Source: a virus. From it: a stretch of DNA of 54,653 nt. This document shows, piece after piece, positions 42,293-49,170 of this stretch. The first letter of the stretch is position 1. Each line of letters starts with the position of its first letter. The notes under the pieces were generated by a model. That model saw only the letters and a program-made list of their open reading frames with translations, searched no databases and was not told the DNA's origin. The position numbers and the translations under genes are program-made. Where the stretch lies: the IMG/VR virus record IMGVR_UViG_3300042698_000041, positions 1-54,653 of that record. One strand, given 5' to 3'.

Positions 42293-42365
42293 TGGTCACT
42301 AGCACAATAGGCAGTGCACTGGACTGTTAATCCGGTAGATCCCAGTTCGAGTCTGGGGTGGCCAG
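42293..42365 (+). tRNA. tRNA-Asn (anticodon GTT)
   Basis: Acceptor tggtcac/gtggcca. Anticodon arm ctgga-ctGTTaa-tccgg. T-arm cccag-TTCGAGT-ctggg. Confidence 0.85.
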
Positions 42366-42367
42366 CT

Positions 42368-42470
42368 GGGAACGTAGCTTAGAAAGGCGCAATGACGTCT
42401 GAGCGCCGAGGAATAGAGCGCTGGCCCCTTAAGCCAGTGTGCGCGGGTTCAAGTCCCGCCGTTCCCGCCA
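42368..42470 (+). tRNA. tRNA-Lys(CTT)-like gene with C33 and a hairpin insertion in the D-loop, CCA encoded
   Basis: Perfect acceptor gggaacg/cgttccc plus G plus CCA. Anticodon arm ctggc-ccCTTaa-gccag. D stem gctt/gagc encloses a 35-nt loop containing hairpin ggcgc/gcgcc. Confidence 0.55.
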
Positions 42471-42486
42471 AACAAAAAGAGGTGAC

Positions 42487-42609
42487 ATGACGCGGCTCAA
42501 GATATGGTTCAACCGCAGGTGGCCGTTGTACCGGCTGTGCATGCATCCCTGGTGTTTTCGGGCGCACAACTGGGACAACCAATGCTTACGGCATTACGGC
42601 GGTCCATGA
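42487..42609 (+). CDS. hypothetical small protein
   Basis: ATG after AAAAGAGGTGAC. 40 aa, Trp/Cys/Arg-rich. Confidence 0.4.
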   Translation: MTRLKIWFNRRWPLYRLCMHPWCFRAHNWDNQCLRHYGGP

Positions 42610-42618
42610 GGAATCCAG

Positions 42619-42795
42619 CATGATACCAAGTCCGAATGCCTGTCGTCACTGCGATGAAGATGAGCGTGGACATGCCCAGCTCTGGCATCCGGTGGTGGGA
42701 TTCCACCGATGGGAGGCACCCACTGACGAGGTGCGCCTGATGCGCATGAAGGCAAGAAGATTCTTTCGCCTCAAGAGGATGGGTCATGAAAACTG
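42619..42795 (+). CDS. hypothetical small protein (CxxC, His-rich)
   Basis: 58 aa, MIPSPNACRHCDEDERGHAQLWHP... Confidence 0.45.
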
Positions 42796-42950
42796 AGCCT
42801 TGTTGGATATGCGGGGAACCCATCTATTGGATCCCCTTGGACTGTGAAGACTGCAAAGGCGTATATGTACACGTGAATCAATCCGATAGTGTTCATGACG
42901 CCATTGGCCAGCAGAAAGGAGGGGAACATGACATGGACTTAGTCGATTGA
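42786..42950 (+). CDS. hypothetical small zinc-ribbon-like protein
   Basis: 54 aa with CWIC ... CEDC. Confidence 0.45.
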   Translation: MKTEPCWICGEPIYWIPLDCEDCKGVYVHVNQSDSVHDAIGQQKGGEHDMDLVD

Positions 42951-42963
42951 CTAAGGAGGTGCC

Positions 42964-43344
42964 GTGTCCCGCACGGACAAGACGCGACCATACTGGGTGC
43001 AGCTTCGCGACCCCCTGTTCCCTTGGCCTATCAGGGAACACCATTATCACCACGGCTGCTTCGCAACCACACCTGAATGCGACATTGACTTCCCAGTGCC
43101 AGGGCCAAGACGCTATGGGCCACTAAGATCTTGTGAATATTGGCCTCGATACAAGGACAACGACAAGATCTATGGGAGGCCGAGGCACAGACGCAGCCTT
43201 AAATCCTTTCAGGACGGCAGGGCGCGTGCCGACCTTCGGCGCCTGCGAGCCGAATGGCTCAAAGAGCCCGACCGCGAGCAGATTGACTCCACCGAGAACG
43301 CACCGACAAGCCGTTGGCGTTGGCGCCGATGGTACTGGGATTAA
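42964..43344 (+). CDS. hypothetical protein (TDKTRP family, paralog of 43698..43931)
   Basis: GTG after TAAGGAGGTG. The N-terminus MSRTDKTRPYWV is shared with 43698..43931. Confidence 0.55.
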   Translation: MSRTDKTRPYWVQLRDPLFPWPIREHHYHHGCFATTPECDIDFPVPGPRRYGPLRSCEYWPRYKDNDKIYGRPRHRRSLKSFQDGRARADLRRLRAEWLKEPDREQIDSTENAPTSRWRWRRWYWD

Positions 43345-43360
43345 CCGAAGGGAGGTGGCC

Positions 43361-43447
43361 ATGGAGGTTCTATTATGGATCGGCGTCATCGGGCTTATCG
43401 CCGGTTGCTGCATCTACGTGATCAAGAAAGCTAAGAGGCGCCCGTGA
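43361..43447 (+). CDS. small membrane peptide
   Basis: ATG after GGGAGGTGG. 28 aa, MEVLLWIGVIGLIAGCCIYVIKKAKRRP. Confidence 0.4.
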   Translation: MEVLLWIGVIGLIAGCCIYVIKKAKRRP

Positions 43448-43450
43448 ACC

Positions 43451-43819
43451 ATGGAGGAAATCAATAACTTCATATTGCAATTGCTGGCCACCATCACTTG
43501 TGGCCGAGAGAAATCTTGCCTTGCCAAGAGGAAATATCTTGACGAGGAAAAAGCTCACGAAAGGGCGCAGGCTCTGTCCCAGCGGCCCAACCAGCGTCAT
43601 AAGGTGGAGCCGTACGGATGTCCGTGGTGTTTCGGATGGCATGTGGGCAGACCCCTGAGCCGCCCAAGGACCCTGTACTTGTCGATGGGGGTAAGGGGTG
43701 TCAAAGACGGACAAGACCAGGCCTTGGAGGGTGAATCAGACCGATCCCCTCAACCAGAAGTTCCGCCGAGTGGTTGCCTGGGAGCTGGAATGGTTCTACA
43801 AGCGGATGGGTCAGGTTAA
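43451..43819 (+). CDS. hypothetical protein (3' extent doubtful)
   Basis: YGCPWCFGWHVGRP motif. The last 122 nt overlap 43698..43931. Confidence 0.4.
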   Translation: MEEINNFILQLLATITCGREKSCLAKRKYLDEEKAHERAQALSQRPNQRHKVEPYGCPWCFGWHVGRPLSRPRTLYLSMGVRGVKDGQDQALEGESDRSPQPEVPPSGCLGAGMVLQADGSG

Positions 43820-43931
43820 GGGCTGCTGGTGTTGCAGCCAGAAACATCATTATGCCCAGGAGCAGAAGAGCACCAGGGTTAAATGGAACAGGCAGCGCCG
43901 TGATCTGGAGAAAGGAGGATGGCGCGAATGA
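43698..43931 (+). CDS. hypothetical protein (TDKTRP family)
   Basis: GTG start. N-terminus MSKTDKTRPWRV. Confidence 0.5.
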   Translation: MSKTDKTRPWRVNQTDPLNQKFRRVVAWELEWFYKRMGQVKGCWCCSQKHHYAQEQKSTRVKWNRQRRDLEKGGWRE

Positions 43932-44038
43932 AGATCATAGTATGGACACTGGTGATGATGAGCCGCGTCATCCTCGTCGGCTTGATCTTCTGGGGGTTCA
44001 TGCTGTACACCCGAAATGAATGGGCTATGTGGTATTAG
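43928..44038 (+). CDS. small membrane peptide
   Basis: ATGA overlap. 36 aa, MKIIVWTLVMMSRVILVGLIFWGFMLY... Confidence 0.4.
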   Translation: MKIIVWTLVMMSRVILVGLIFWGFMLYTRNEWAMWY

Positions 44039-44047
44039 GGAGAAAGC

Positions 44048-44146
44048 ATGGAATGGAAACACTGGAAGATCTATTTCATCTCGGTGGGGATCATCGCCGC
44101 TCTAGGGATATTGATCATTTGCTCCCGGATGTTCGGCTCCCACTGA
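44048..44146 (+). CDS. small membrane peptide
   Basis: 32 aa, MEWKHWKIYFISVGIIAALGILIICSRMFGSH. Confidence 0.4.
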   Translation: MEWKHWKIYFISVGIIAALGILIICSRMFGSH

Positions 44147-44152
44147 CGAAAT

Positions 44153-44236
44153 ACCCCCGTAGCTCAGCGGGATGAGCGCGCCACCCCAACCGTCAAGGTC
44201 ACGGCGAGGACACAGGTTCGAATCCTGTCGGGGGTA
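44153..44236 (+). tRNA. tRNA-like gene with enlarged, non-canonical anticodon arm
   Basis: Perfect acceptor acccccg/cgggggt, D-arm gctc-agcgggat-gagc and T-arm acagg-TTCGAAT-cctgt. The central arm cgcc...ggcg is 28 nt with no standard 7-nt loop. Confidence 0.45.
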
Positions 44237-44425
44237 CGGAGATGTCAAACCTGAAAAAACGTCATCGAGTATAGGGTAAGGGCGGCCCCACAAGCCTCAG
44301 ATCCTTTACCTGGGGTGCCGTTTCTGCGTCTCCAACAACCCCATGGCATCGTTGAAAACTCTCGCTCCGGTCGAGACGCCCCGACGGCCCGATGCCATGG
44401 GGTTTGTACATGGAAAGGGTAATTT

Positions 44426-44716
44426 ATGGAGCAAGATCCAGATACTCCCAACTACCGGGAGATGGTTGACCTTGTTAATCTCAAAGGCATCTATGTCACC
44501 GAGCATCCCAACGGCGCCATGAGCGTGCGGCTTTGGTGTGGCAACTGCGCCAAGCCATTGCACTGGGATGACCGGCACTGGGGCAACACGCCCTTCCTGA
44601 CCTTGTTGGTCAAGATGGCCGATGCCCACAGAGAAACCGAGTGTCCCCATCCGAAGGGGCCGTTCCTGGACGAATGGCATCCCCGCATTGATGAGAGAGC
44701 CAGCTGGGAGAGGTGA
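44426..44716 (+). CDS. hypothetical protein
   Basis: 96-aa ORF with a CGNC...H...C...H pattern. Confidence 0.5.
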   Translation: MEQDPDTPNYREMVDLVNLKGIYVTEHPNGAMSVRLWCGNCAKPLHWDDRHWGNTPFLTLLVKMADAHRETECPHPKGPFLDEWHPRIDERASWER

Positions 44717-44720
44717 CTTA

Positions 44721-45164
44721 GTGATCATCGCAGTGACGGGGTGGAGACATCACACTGACGCAGCCTTCATCCGTAGCTGCCTAATGGCGAAACTGGTAAC
44801 AGCGCGGGACATCTGGGGAAAAGAGCTGCACATACGTGTCGGTGATGCCACGGGAGCTGACGAAATAACAGCCAACTGGTGCAAAAGGCGTCAGGAGATC
44901 GGTGAGGGCTTGACCTTCCATGTCTTCGCCGCCAGGCGCCATCCCAGCGGTGCATTGATGCCAGGGGCTGGGCCACAACGCAATCGAGAAATGCTGCAAG
45001 GCAAAGGTGATCCGTACAAGGGACCCACCGATTTGCTACTGGGCTTCCCGAATCCGAACGCACGCTCAACGGTTCCGGGCTCGGGAACATGGGGTTGCAT
45101 GATGGAGGCAACCCTGATGGGGATACGGGTGGAGATCCCACCGTATATACGATCTGGGGATTAA
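44721..45164 (+). CDS. SLOG/DUF2493-like protein
   Basis: GTG after GGGAGAGGTGA. VTGWRHHTD...VGDATGADEITANWC...GAGPQRNREM follows the DUF2493 layout. Confidence 0.55.
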   Translation: MIIAVTGWRHHTDAAFIRSCLMAKLVTARDIWGKELHIRVGDATGADEITANWCKRRQEIGEGLTFHVFAARRHPSGALMPGAGPQRNREMLQGKGDPYKGPTDLLLGFPNPNARSTVPGSGTWGCMMEATLMGIRVEIPPYIRSGD

Positions 45165-45562
45165 TGAAGTTACTCACCAAACTGAAAGTGTTTGCCGCCA
45201 CGGGAATCCTGCTGATTGCCGCAGGCTTCGCCTACGGGATCTTCGACAAGAACATGACCAGTCCTTTCAGCAACCGGTTTGACGACGTGGAGGTAGGACT
45301 CCATGTCGTCTATTCGCCACCGGATGCAAGACCCGTTTTGGCTGTTCAACTCTCTATGACTCTGCCGGTCATCCAGTCGGTCGAGTCGTCTCCCTGGGAT
45401 GCGACGATCAAGGTTCCCCATGCCACCAGAGTGATTCTTTCCGTGGTGCAGGGCAGACGTAACGAGACCGCGTGCACCATTCTGAGCAAGTCCGGCACGA
45501 TTCTGGACCACCAAGAGTTGTACGGCCCCGGGACAATCTCCTGCCAACATCTGGTGACCTGA
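45164..45562 (+). CDS. MmpS-like membrane-anchored protein (paralog 1)
   Basis: Met26 of ORF 45089..45562 (TAATG junction). N-terminal TM plus beta-rich domain with the ...CTILSKSG... / ...ISC pattern. Confidence 0.45.
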   Translation: MKLLTKLKVFAATGILLIAAGFAYGIFDKNMTSPFSNRFDDVEVGLHVVYSPPDARPVLAVQLSMTLPVIQSVESSPWDATIKVPHATRVILSVVQGRRNETACTILSKSGTILDHQELYGPGTISCQHLVT

Positions 45563-45563
45563 T

Positions 45564-45962
45564 ATGACACAGAAGCAGAAGACACGTTTGGTCCCCACGG
45601 CAGTGGTCCTGGCCTTCCTGTTCTTGATCCCTGTGATCTTCATCCCGGTGATCAGGTCCGGTCTGAACAAGGACCGCACCATCTGGGTGACAGTGGACTG
45701 GGAGCCCAACCGCAGGCACGGGCAGGGAAGTGGCGTCAGCATACTCCTGAACATCACAGGTAACCCTCCAAAGGCGGAATACCTGTACAACTCGGCATAT
45801 GTACGCTCATTTACCCTCAAACCCGGGACAGTTGTCGACGTGGTGGCCAAGCAGGAGACAGGGACCTACCTACGCTGCCTGATAAGCCAGGTGGGAGGCA
45901 TGGAGAACAAGGTGGATATCCCAGGCAAGGGGACGGTCCCATGCAGACTGACAGTGGTGTAG
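45564..45962 (+). CDS. MmpS-like membrane-anchored protein (paralog 2)
   Basis: N-terminal TM plus beta-rich domain with ...LRCLISQVGG... / ...PCRLTVV. Confidence 0.45.
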   Translation: MTQKQKTRLVPTAVVLAFLFLIPVIFIPVIRSGLNKDRTIWVTVDWEPNRRHGQGSGVSILLNITGNPPKAEYLYNSAYVRSFTLKPGTVVDVVAKQETGTYLRCLISQVGGMENKVDIPGKGTVPCRLTVV

Positions 45963-46381
45963 TAGGAAAGCGCCAAGCCGTCATCGTGGACATCGACGGC
46001 ACCTTGACACACATGGGTAACCGGCATCCCTGGGACATGGCCAAGGTCTTGGAGGACAGGCCCAACCTTCCTGTGATCCAAACTGTGCATGCCCTGGTGC
46101 GCTCGGGGCTTGTGGTGGTGTACATGACGGGACGCTGGGAACGCTCCAGACAGGACACGGTGCGGTGGTTGCAACTGCATACGGCTTACCCGTACGAGAA
46201 GCTGCTGATGCGCGACGAAGAAGATAATCGGCAGAACTGGGAGCTGAAATACGAGTTGTATCAGCATCATGTGGCACCGACCTATGATGTTCAGATCGTT
46301 CTTGACGACCAGGAGGAAGTGGTGTCGATGTGGCGCAACGATCTTGGCCTTCCCTGTTTCCAGGTGGCTCCAGGGATATGA
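45941..46381 (+). CDS. HAD-superfamily phosphatase (polynucleotide 3'-phosphatase-like)
   Basis: DxDxT motif VIVDIDGTLT. MTGRWERSR, then LLMRDEEDNRQNWELK and VLDDQ fit a small capless HAD phosphatase. Confidence 0.6.
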   Translation: MQTDSGVVGKRQAVIVDIDGTLTHMGNRHPWDMAKVLEDRPNLPVIQTVHALVRSGLVVVYMTGRWERSRQDTVRWLQLHTAYPYEKLLMRDEEDNRQNWELKYELYQHHVAPTYDVQIVLDDQEEVVSMWRNDLGLPCFQVAPGI

Positions 46382-46467
46382 AACTACATACCAAGGTTGT
46401 GCTGTGGCTGCTGGTGGCTGTTGTCGTGGTTTCCACGGTCGCCCATCAGGCATCTCAGATGCCATAA
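46378..46467 (+). CDS. small membrane/secreted peptide
   Basis: ATGA overlap with the HAD gene stop. 29 aa, MKLHTKVVLWLLVAVVVVSTVAHQASQMP. Confidence 0.35.
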   Translation: MKLHTKVVLWLLVAVVVVSTVAHQASQMP

Positions 46468-46470
46468 CAG

Positions 46471-46500
46471 AAGGCCCCCGGGATTGGAACCGGGGGCCTT
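46471..46500. terminator. bidirectional terminator hairpin
   Basis: aaggcccccgg / ccgggggcctt, 11-bp perfect stem with an 8-nt loop, between + strand genes and the - strand tRNA. Confidence 0.6.
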
Positions 46501-46520
46501 CGTGTGTCCGGGGAGGACAG

Positions 46521-46592
46521 TGGCGGGAACACGAATCGAACGTGCATCTCCAGGGTTATGAGCCCTGTGCTCTGCCCTTAAGCTATCCCGCA
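46521..46592 (-). tRNA. tRNA-Met (anticodon CAT), initiator-type
   Basis: Reverse complement reads tgcggga-ta-gctt-aagggca-gagc-a-caggg-ctCATaa-ccctg-gagat-gcacg-TTCGATT-cgtgt-tcccgcc-a. It has the GGG/CCC anticodon stem and a 1:72 mismatch. Confidence 0.75.
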
Positions 46593-46710
46593 CCGAGGCA
46601 ACAGGTTTGTTTCATGCCAGTGGCGTAAGCCTGATGCAAGCGCCTGTCTCCAGGATCTCCCTGGGCACCATGCCCTGTCGCCATTCCACCGTATCAGAAA
46701 GAAAAGGATC

Positions 46711-47118
46711 ATGGGAGTTATCAGCGATACCACCAGAAAGATCAAAGTCTTCGGTTTGGTCCTGATCATAGGAATCGGTGGCCTTTATGCCTATACAAAG
46801 TGGGACACCAGCAAGGACCGAACTGCCACGATCGTGGTTACCCTGAAGTCAGCCAAGGAGAAAAGGCAGGTGCTGGGCAACGTCAATTCCTATATCAACG
46901 GCGCTGAGCGTGCGTCACATCCACTCACCGATCAGGACAATAAGTATGAGGATTCCTTCTGGGTCCGTCCGGGCGAAAAGGTACGCTTATGGGCTTATCT
47001 GTACTTCGGGGAAGGTGCTCTCACTTGCACGATCTTGTTTGACGGGGTGGTTGCCGCAGGCCCGAAGATCAGCCCCACCGGCTTCGAATCTACCTGTGAA
47101 GTGTCTGCCACGGCATAG
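46711..47118 (+). CDS. MmpS-like membrane-anchored protein (paralog 3)
   Basis: N-terminal TM plus beta-rich domain with ...LTCTILFDG... / ...STCEVS. Confidence 0.45.
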   Translation: MGVISDTTRKIKVFGLVLIIGIGGLYAYTKWDTSKDRTATIVVTLKSAKEKRQVLGNVNSYINGAERASHPLTDQDNKYEDSFWVRPGEKVRLWAYLYFGEGALTCTILFDGVVAAGPKISPTGFESTCEVSATA

Positions 47119-47179
47119 GCGACATTGTCATACCCGCGCGCTATGCTCCTCCTACCAACAATGGAACAGAGGGGAAGGC

Positions 47180-47503
47180 ATGGGCGACAAGGAAGTTATC
47201 GATGGGATCAAGGCATTGGCTGAGATAGGCCAGTTGCTCCAGGGTGGACGGGACAGGGTCAACCACTACCTGGAGATGCTGGATCCATACGCCAAGGGTG
47301 AAGATCCGAACGGCCTGGTCACCTTCATTGATAAGGTAACCGACGAAGATGTGGACACGGTAGTGTCCATGCTCATCGTGGCCATTGGCTCATTGTCCAA
47401 GGTCCGCGTGACAGTGGCTGCCACGGACCTGGAGAAGGACTTGGCCACGTCACTGGGGCTGCCCGAAAAGCCAGAGCCCGAGCCGGTGACCGAGAAAAGC
47501 TGA
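47180..47503 (+). CDS. hypothetical acidic protein
   Basis: Met91 of ORF 46910..47503, after AGAGGGGAAGG. Confidence 0.5.
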   Translation: MGDKEVIDGIKALAEIGQLLQGGRDRVNHYLEMLDPYAKGEDPNGLVTFIDKVTDEDVDTVVSMLIVAIGSLSKVRVTVAATDLEKDLATSLGLPEKPEPEPVTEKS

Positions 47504-48336
47504 TGACAGCGCGCCTGTGTCGAGCATGCGGCCATGTCATCACTCCGGACTGGCCGGGGGAGTGGCACGTCGGGTGCTATCCGGACTTCGAGCGCATGCC
47601 CGGATTCGACATGACCACGTGGGATCTGGAGCTTCGCGAGGAGCTGATCGACGTTGTCCTGTGGGCAGAGCGCAATCGGGGACGCTCGACACAGGTGGCC
47701 CTGGGGGTCTCGGAGGTGGGCCAGGACTGCGAGCTGCGCATCGCCTATCGCATGGCCGGAATGCAGGCGGTTCAGAACGGCGACCCCTGGCCTGCGATCG
47801 TGGGCACCTCGATACACACGTGGATGGATCAGGCGTTCAATGACTATCAGAACGTTCACGGGATACGAGAGTGGCTCACGGAGCTGGAGGTGGCGCCTTC
47901 GCCGATCGTGCACGGTCACACGGATCTGTATCACATCCCGCGCCGGGCCGTCCTGGATTGGAAGTTTCCGGGTTCGGACAATCTGCGGAAAATGCGGCAA
48001 CAGGGACCATCGGCTCAGTATCGGACTCAGGTGCAACTCTACGGGCTGGGCCATGTCCGTGCGGGACGACCTGTGGAACGTGTGGGCATCGTGGCACTGG
48101 GGCGCCAGGGATGGCTCAAAGACATGTATGTCTGGACCGAGGCGTACGACGAGGATTTTGCCCGCAAGGCCCTGGACAGGATCTACCGGTTGGGCGATAA
48201 GATGATGGCTCTCGGGCTGCCTGATTCTGGTGCCTGGCAAGAGATTGAACGTTCACCAACATACCTGTGCCGCATGTGTCCATTTTGGAATTACAACGAG
48301 AAGATGCCGTCCAACAAAGGATGCCCGGGAAAGTAG
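47503..48336 (+). CDS. Cas4/RecB-family PD-(D/E)XK exonuclease
   Basis: GHTDLYH ... LDWKF ... QYRTQVQLY nuclease motifs, plus N-terminal CRAC and C-terminal CRMCPFW...GC cysteines. Confidence 0.75.
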   Translation: MTARLCRACGHVITPDWPGEWHVGCYPDFERMPGFDMTTWDLELREELIDVVLWAERNRGRSTQVALGVSEVGQDCELRIAYRMAGMQAVQNGDPWPAIVGTSIHTWMDQAFNDYQNVHGIREWLTELEVAPSPIVHGHTDLYHIPRRAVLDWKFPGSDNLRKMRQQGPSAQYRTQVQLYGLGHVRAGRPVERVGIVALGRQGWLKDMYVWTEAYDEDFARKALDRIYRLGDKMMALGLPDSGAWQEIERSPTYLCRMCPFWNYNEKMPSNKGCPGK

Positions 48337-48341
48337 GGGAT

Positions 48342-48635
48342 ATGGATTACAAGGCCATCGTTGGTAAGTGTTTCATAGAGGCCCGCTTCGGAGACAAACC
48401 GGAAAGATTCTCAGAGGCGCGCATTGGCAAGGTAAAAGCCTACCTGGGCGAAGTCAATCGAGGACATCTCGACCGTTATATATTTCTTATTGCCTACCGG
48501 CTGGAAACAGGCGATGACGTTCTAATGCCAGAGGAAATCGTTGAACTTGAGAGGCCCCATTGGACCCTCATGGATTCATGGGAAGACCTTGACTCTTTCG
48601 TGGAAGCAATGAAGGTGCGCCAGGAAAATTCATGA
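48342..48635 (+). CDS. hypothetical protein
   Basis: Met26 of ORF 48267..48635. Lies in a visibly more A+T-rich segment. Confidence 0.45.
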   Translation: MDYKAIVGKCFIEARFGDKPERFSEARIGKVKAYLGEVNRGHLDRYIFLIAYRLETGDDVLMPEEIVELERPHWTLMDSWEDLDSFVEAMKVRQENS

Positions 48636-48823
48636 TCACCAATCTTGGGGAGCTGATTCAGGGCCTGAACAACGTTTGGCTCTCAAAACCTCTTAAAAGT
48701 CGCGAAGATACTACGATCCGTGTTTACCTTAACGGAATGTACAAAGTGGAATCGATAGAGCTGTCACAGGAGGATGGGGCCATTGTCCTGTGGATTGATG
48801 AGAGAGGAGAAGAATACTCATGA
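48632..48823 (+). CDS. hypothetical protein
   Basis: 63-aa ORF with ATGA coupling. Confidence 0.45.
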   Translation: MITNLGELIQGLNNVWLSKPLKSREDTTIRVYLNGMYKVESIELSQEDGAIVLWIDERGEEYS

Positions 48824-49170
48824 CACTCCCTGATGAATGCTTAAAAAATCCGTCATATCTTTGGGTCCAAAGGAAAGATGGAACTTACGAGGGAGCTAAA
48901 GTAGAACAAACCATAAGGGACGAAATGGGTCTTCGGTATGCAGTCGAATTTCTAAATGAGAGAGGCGAGCAGACTGACAGGTTGGGTCTCGTATGGGCAC
49001 AGGAAAGAAACATCGCCATTGGTTATTTCTCCAACGTGGAAAACCTGATCGCTTTTGCCGAGGGATTCAAGAGCGAGTTTGATCAAATATTTCTAAATAC
49101 CGTAAAAGAACTCAAAGAGAAATCCAAGGAAATGCTAAACGAGCTTATAGCAGAGGAGGGAGAAAAATGA
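48820..49170 (+). CDS. hypothetical protein
   Basis: 116-aa ORF with ATGA coupling on both sides. Confidence 0.5.
   Translation: MTLPDECLKNPSYLWVQRKDGTYEGAKVEQTIRDEMGLRYAVEFLNERGEQTDRLGLVWAQERNIAIGYFSNVENLIAFAEGFKSEFDQIFLNTVKELKEKSKEMLNELIAEEGEK

Noticed and set aside
47266-48240. 324-aa - strand ORF antisense to the Cas4/RecB nuclease gene
   Set aside because: It is Arg/Pro/His-rich, as expected for an off-frame reading of high-GC DNA. The + strand ORF carries clear PD-(D/E)XK, QxxxY and Cys-cluster motifs.
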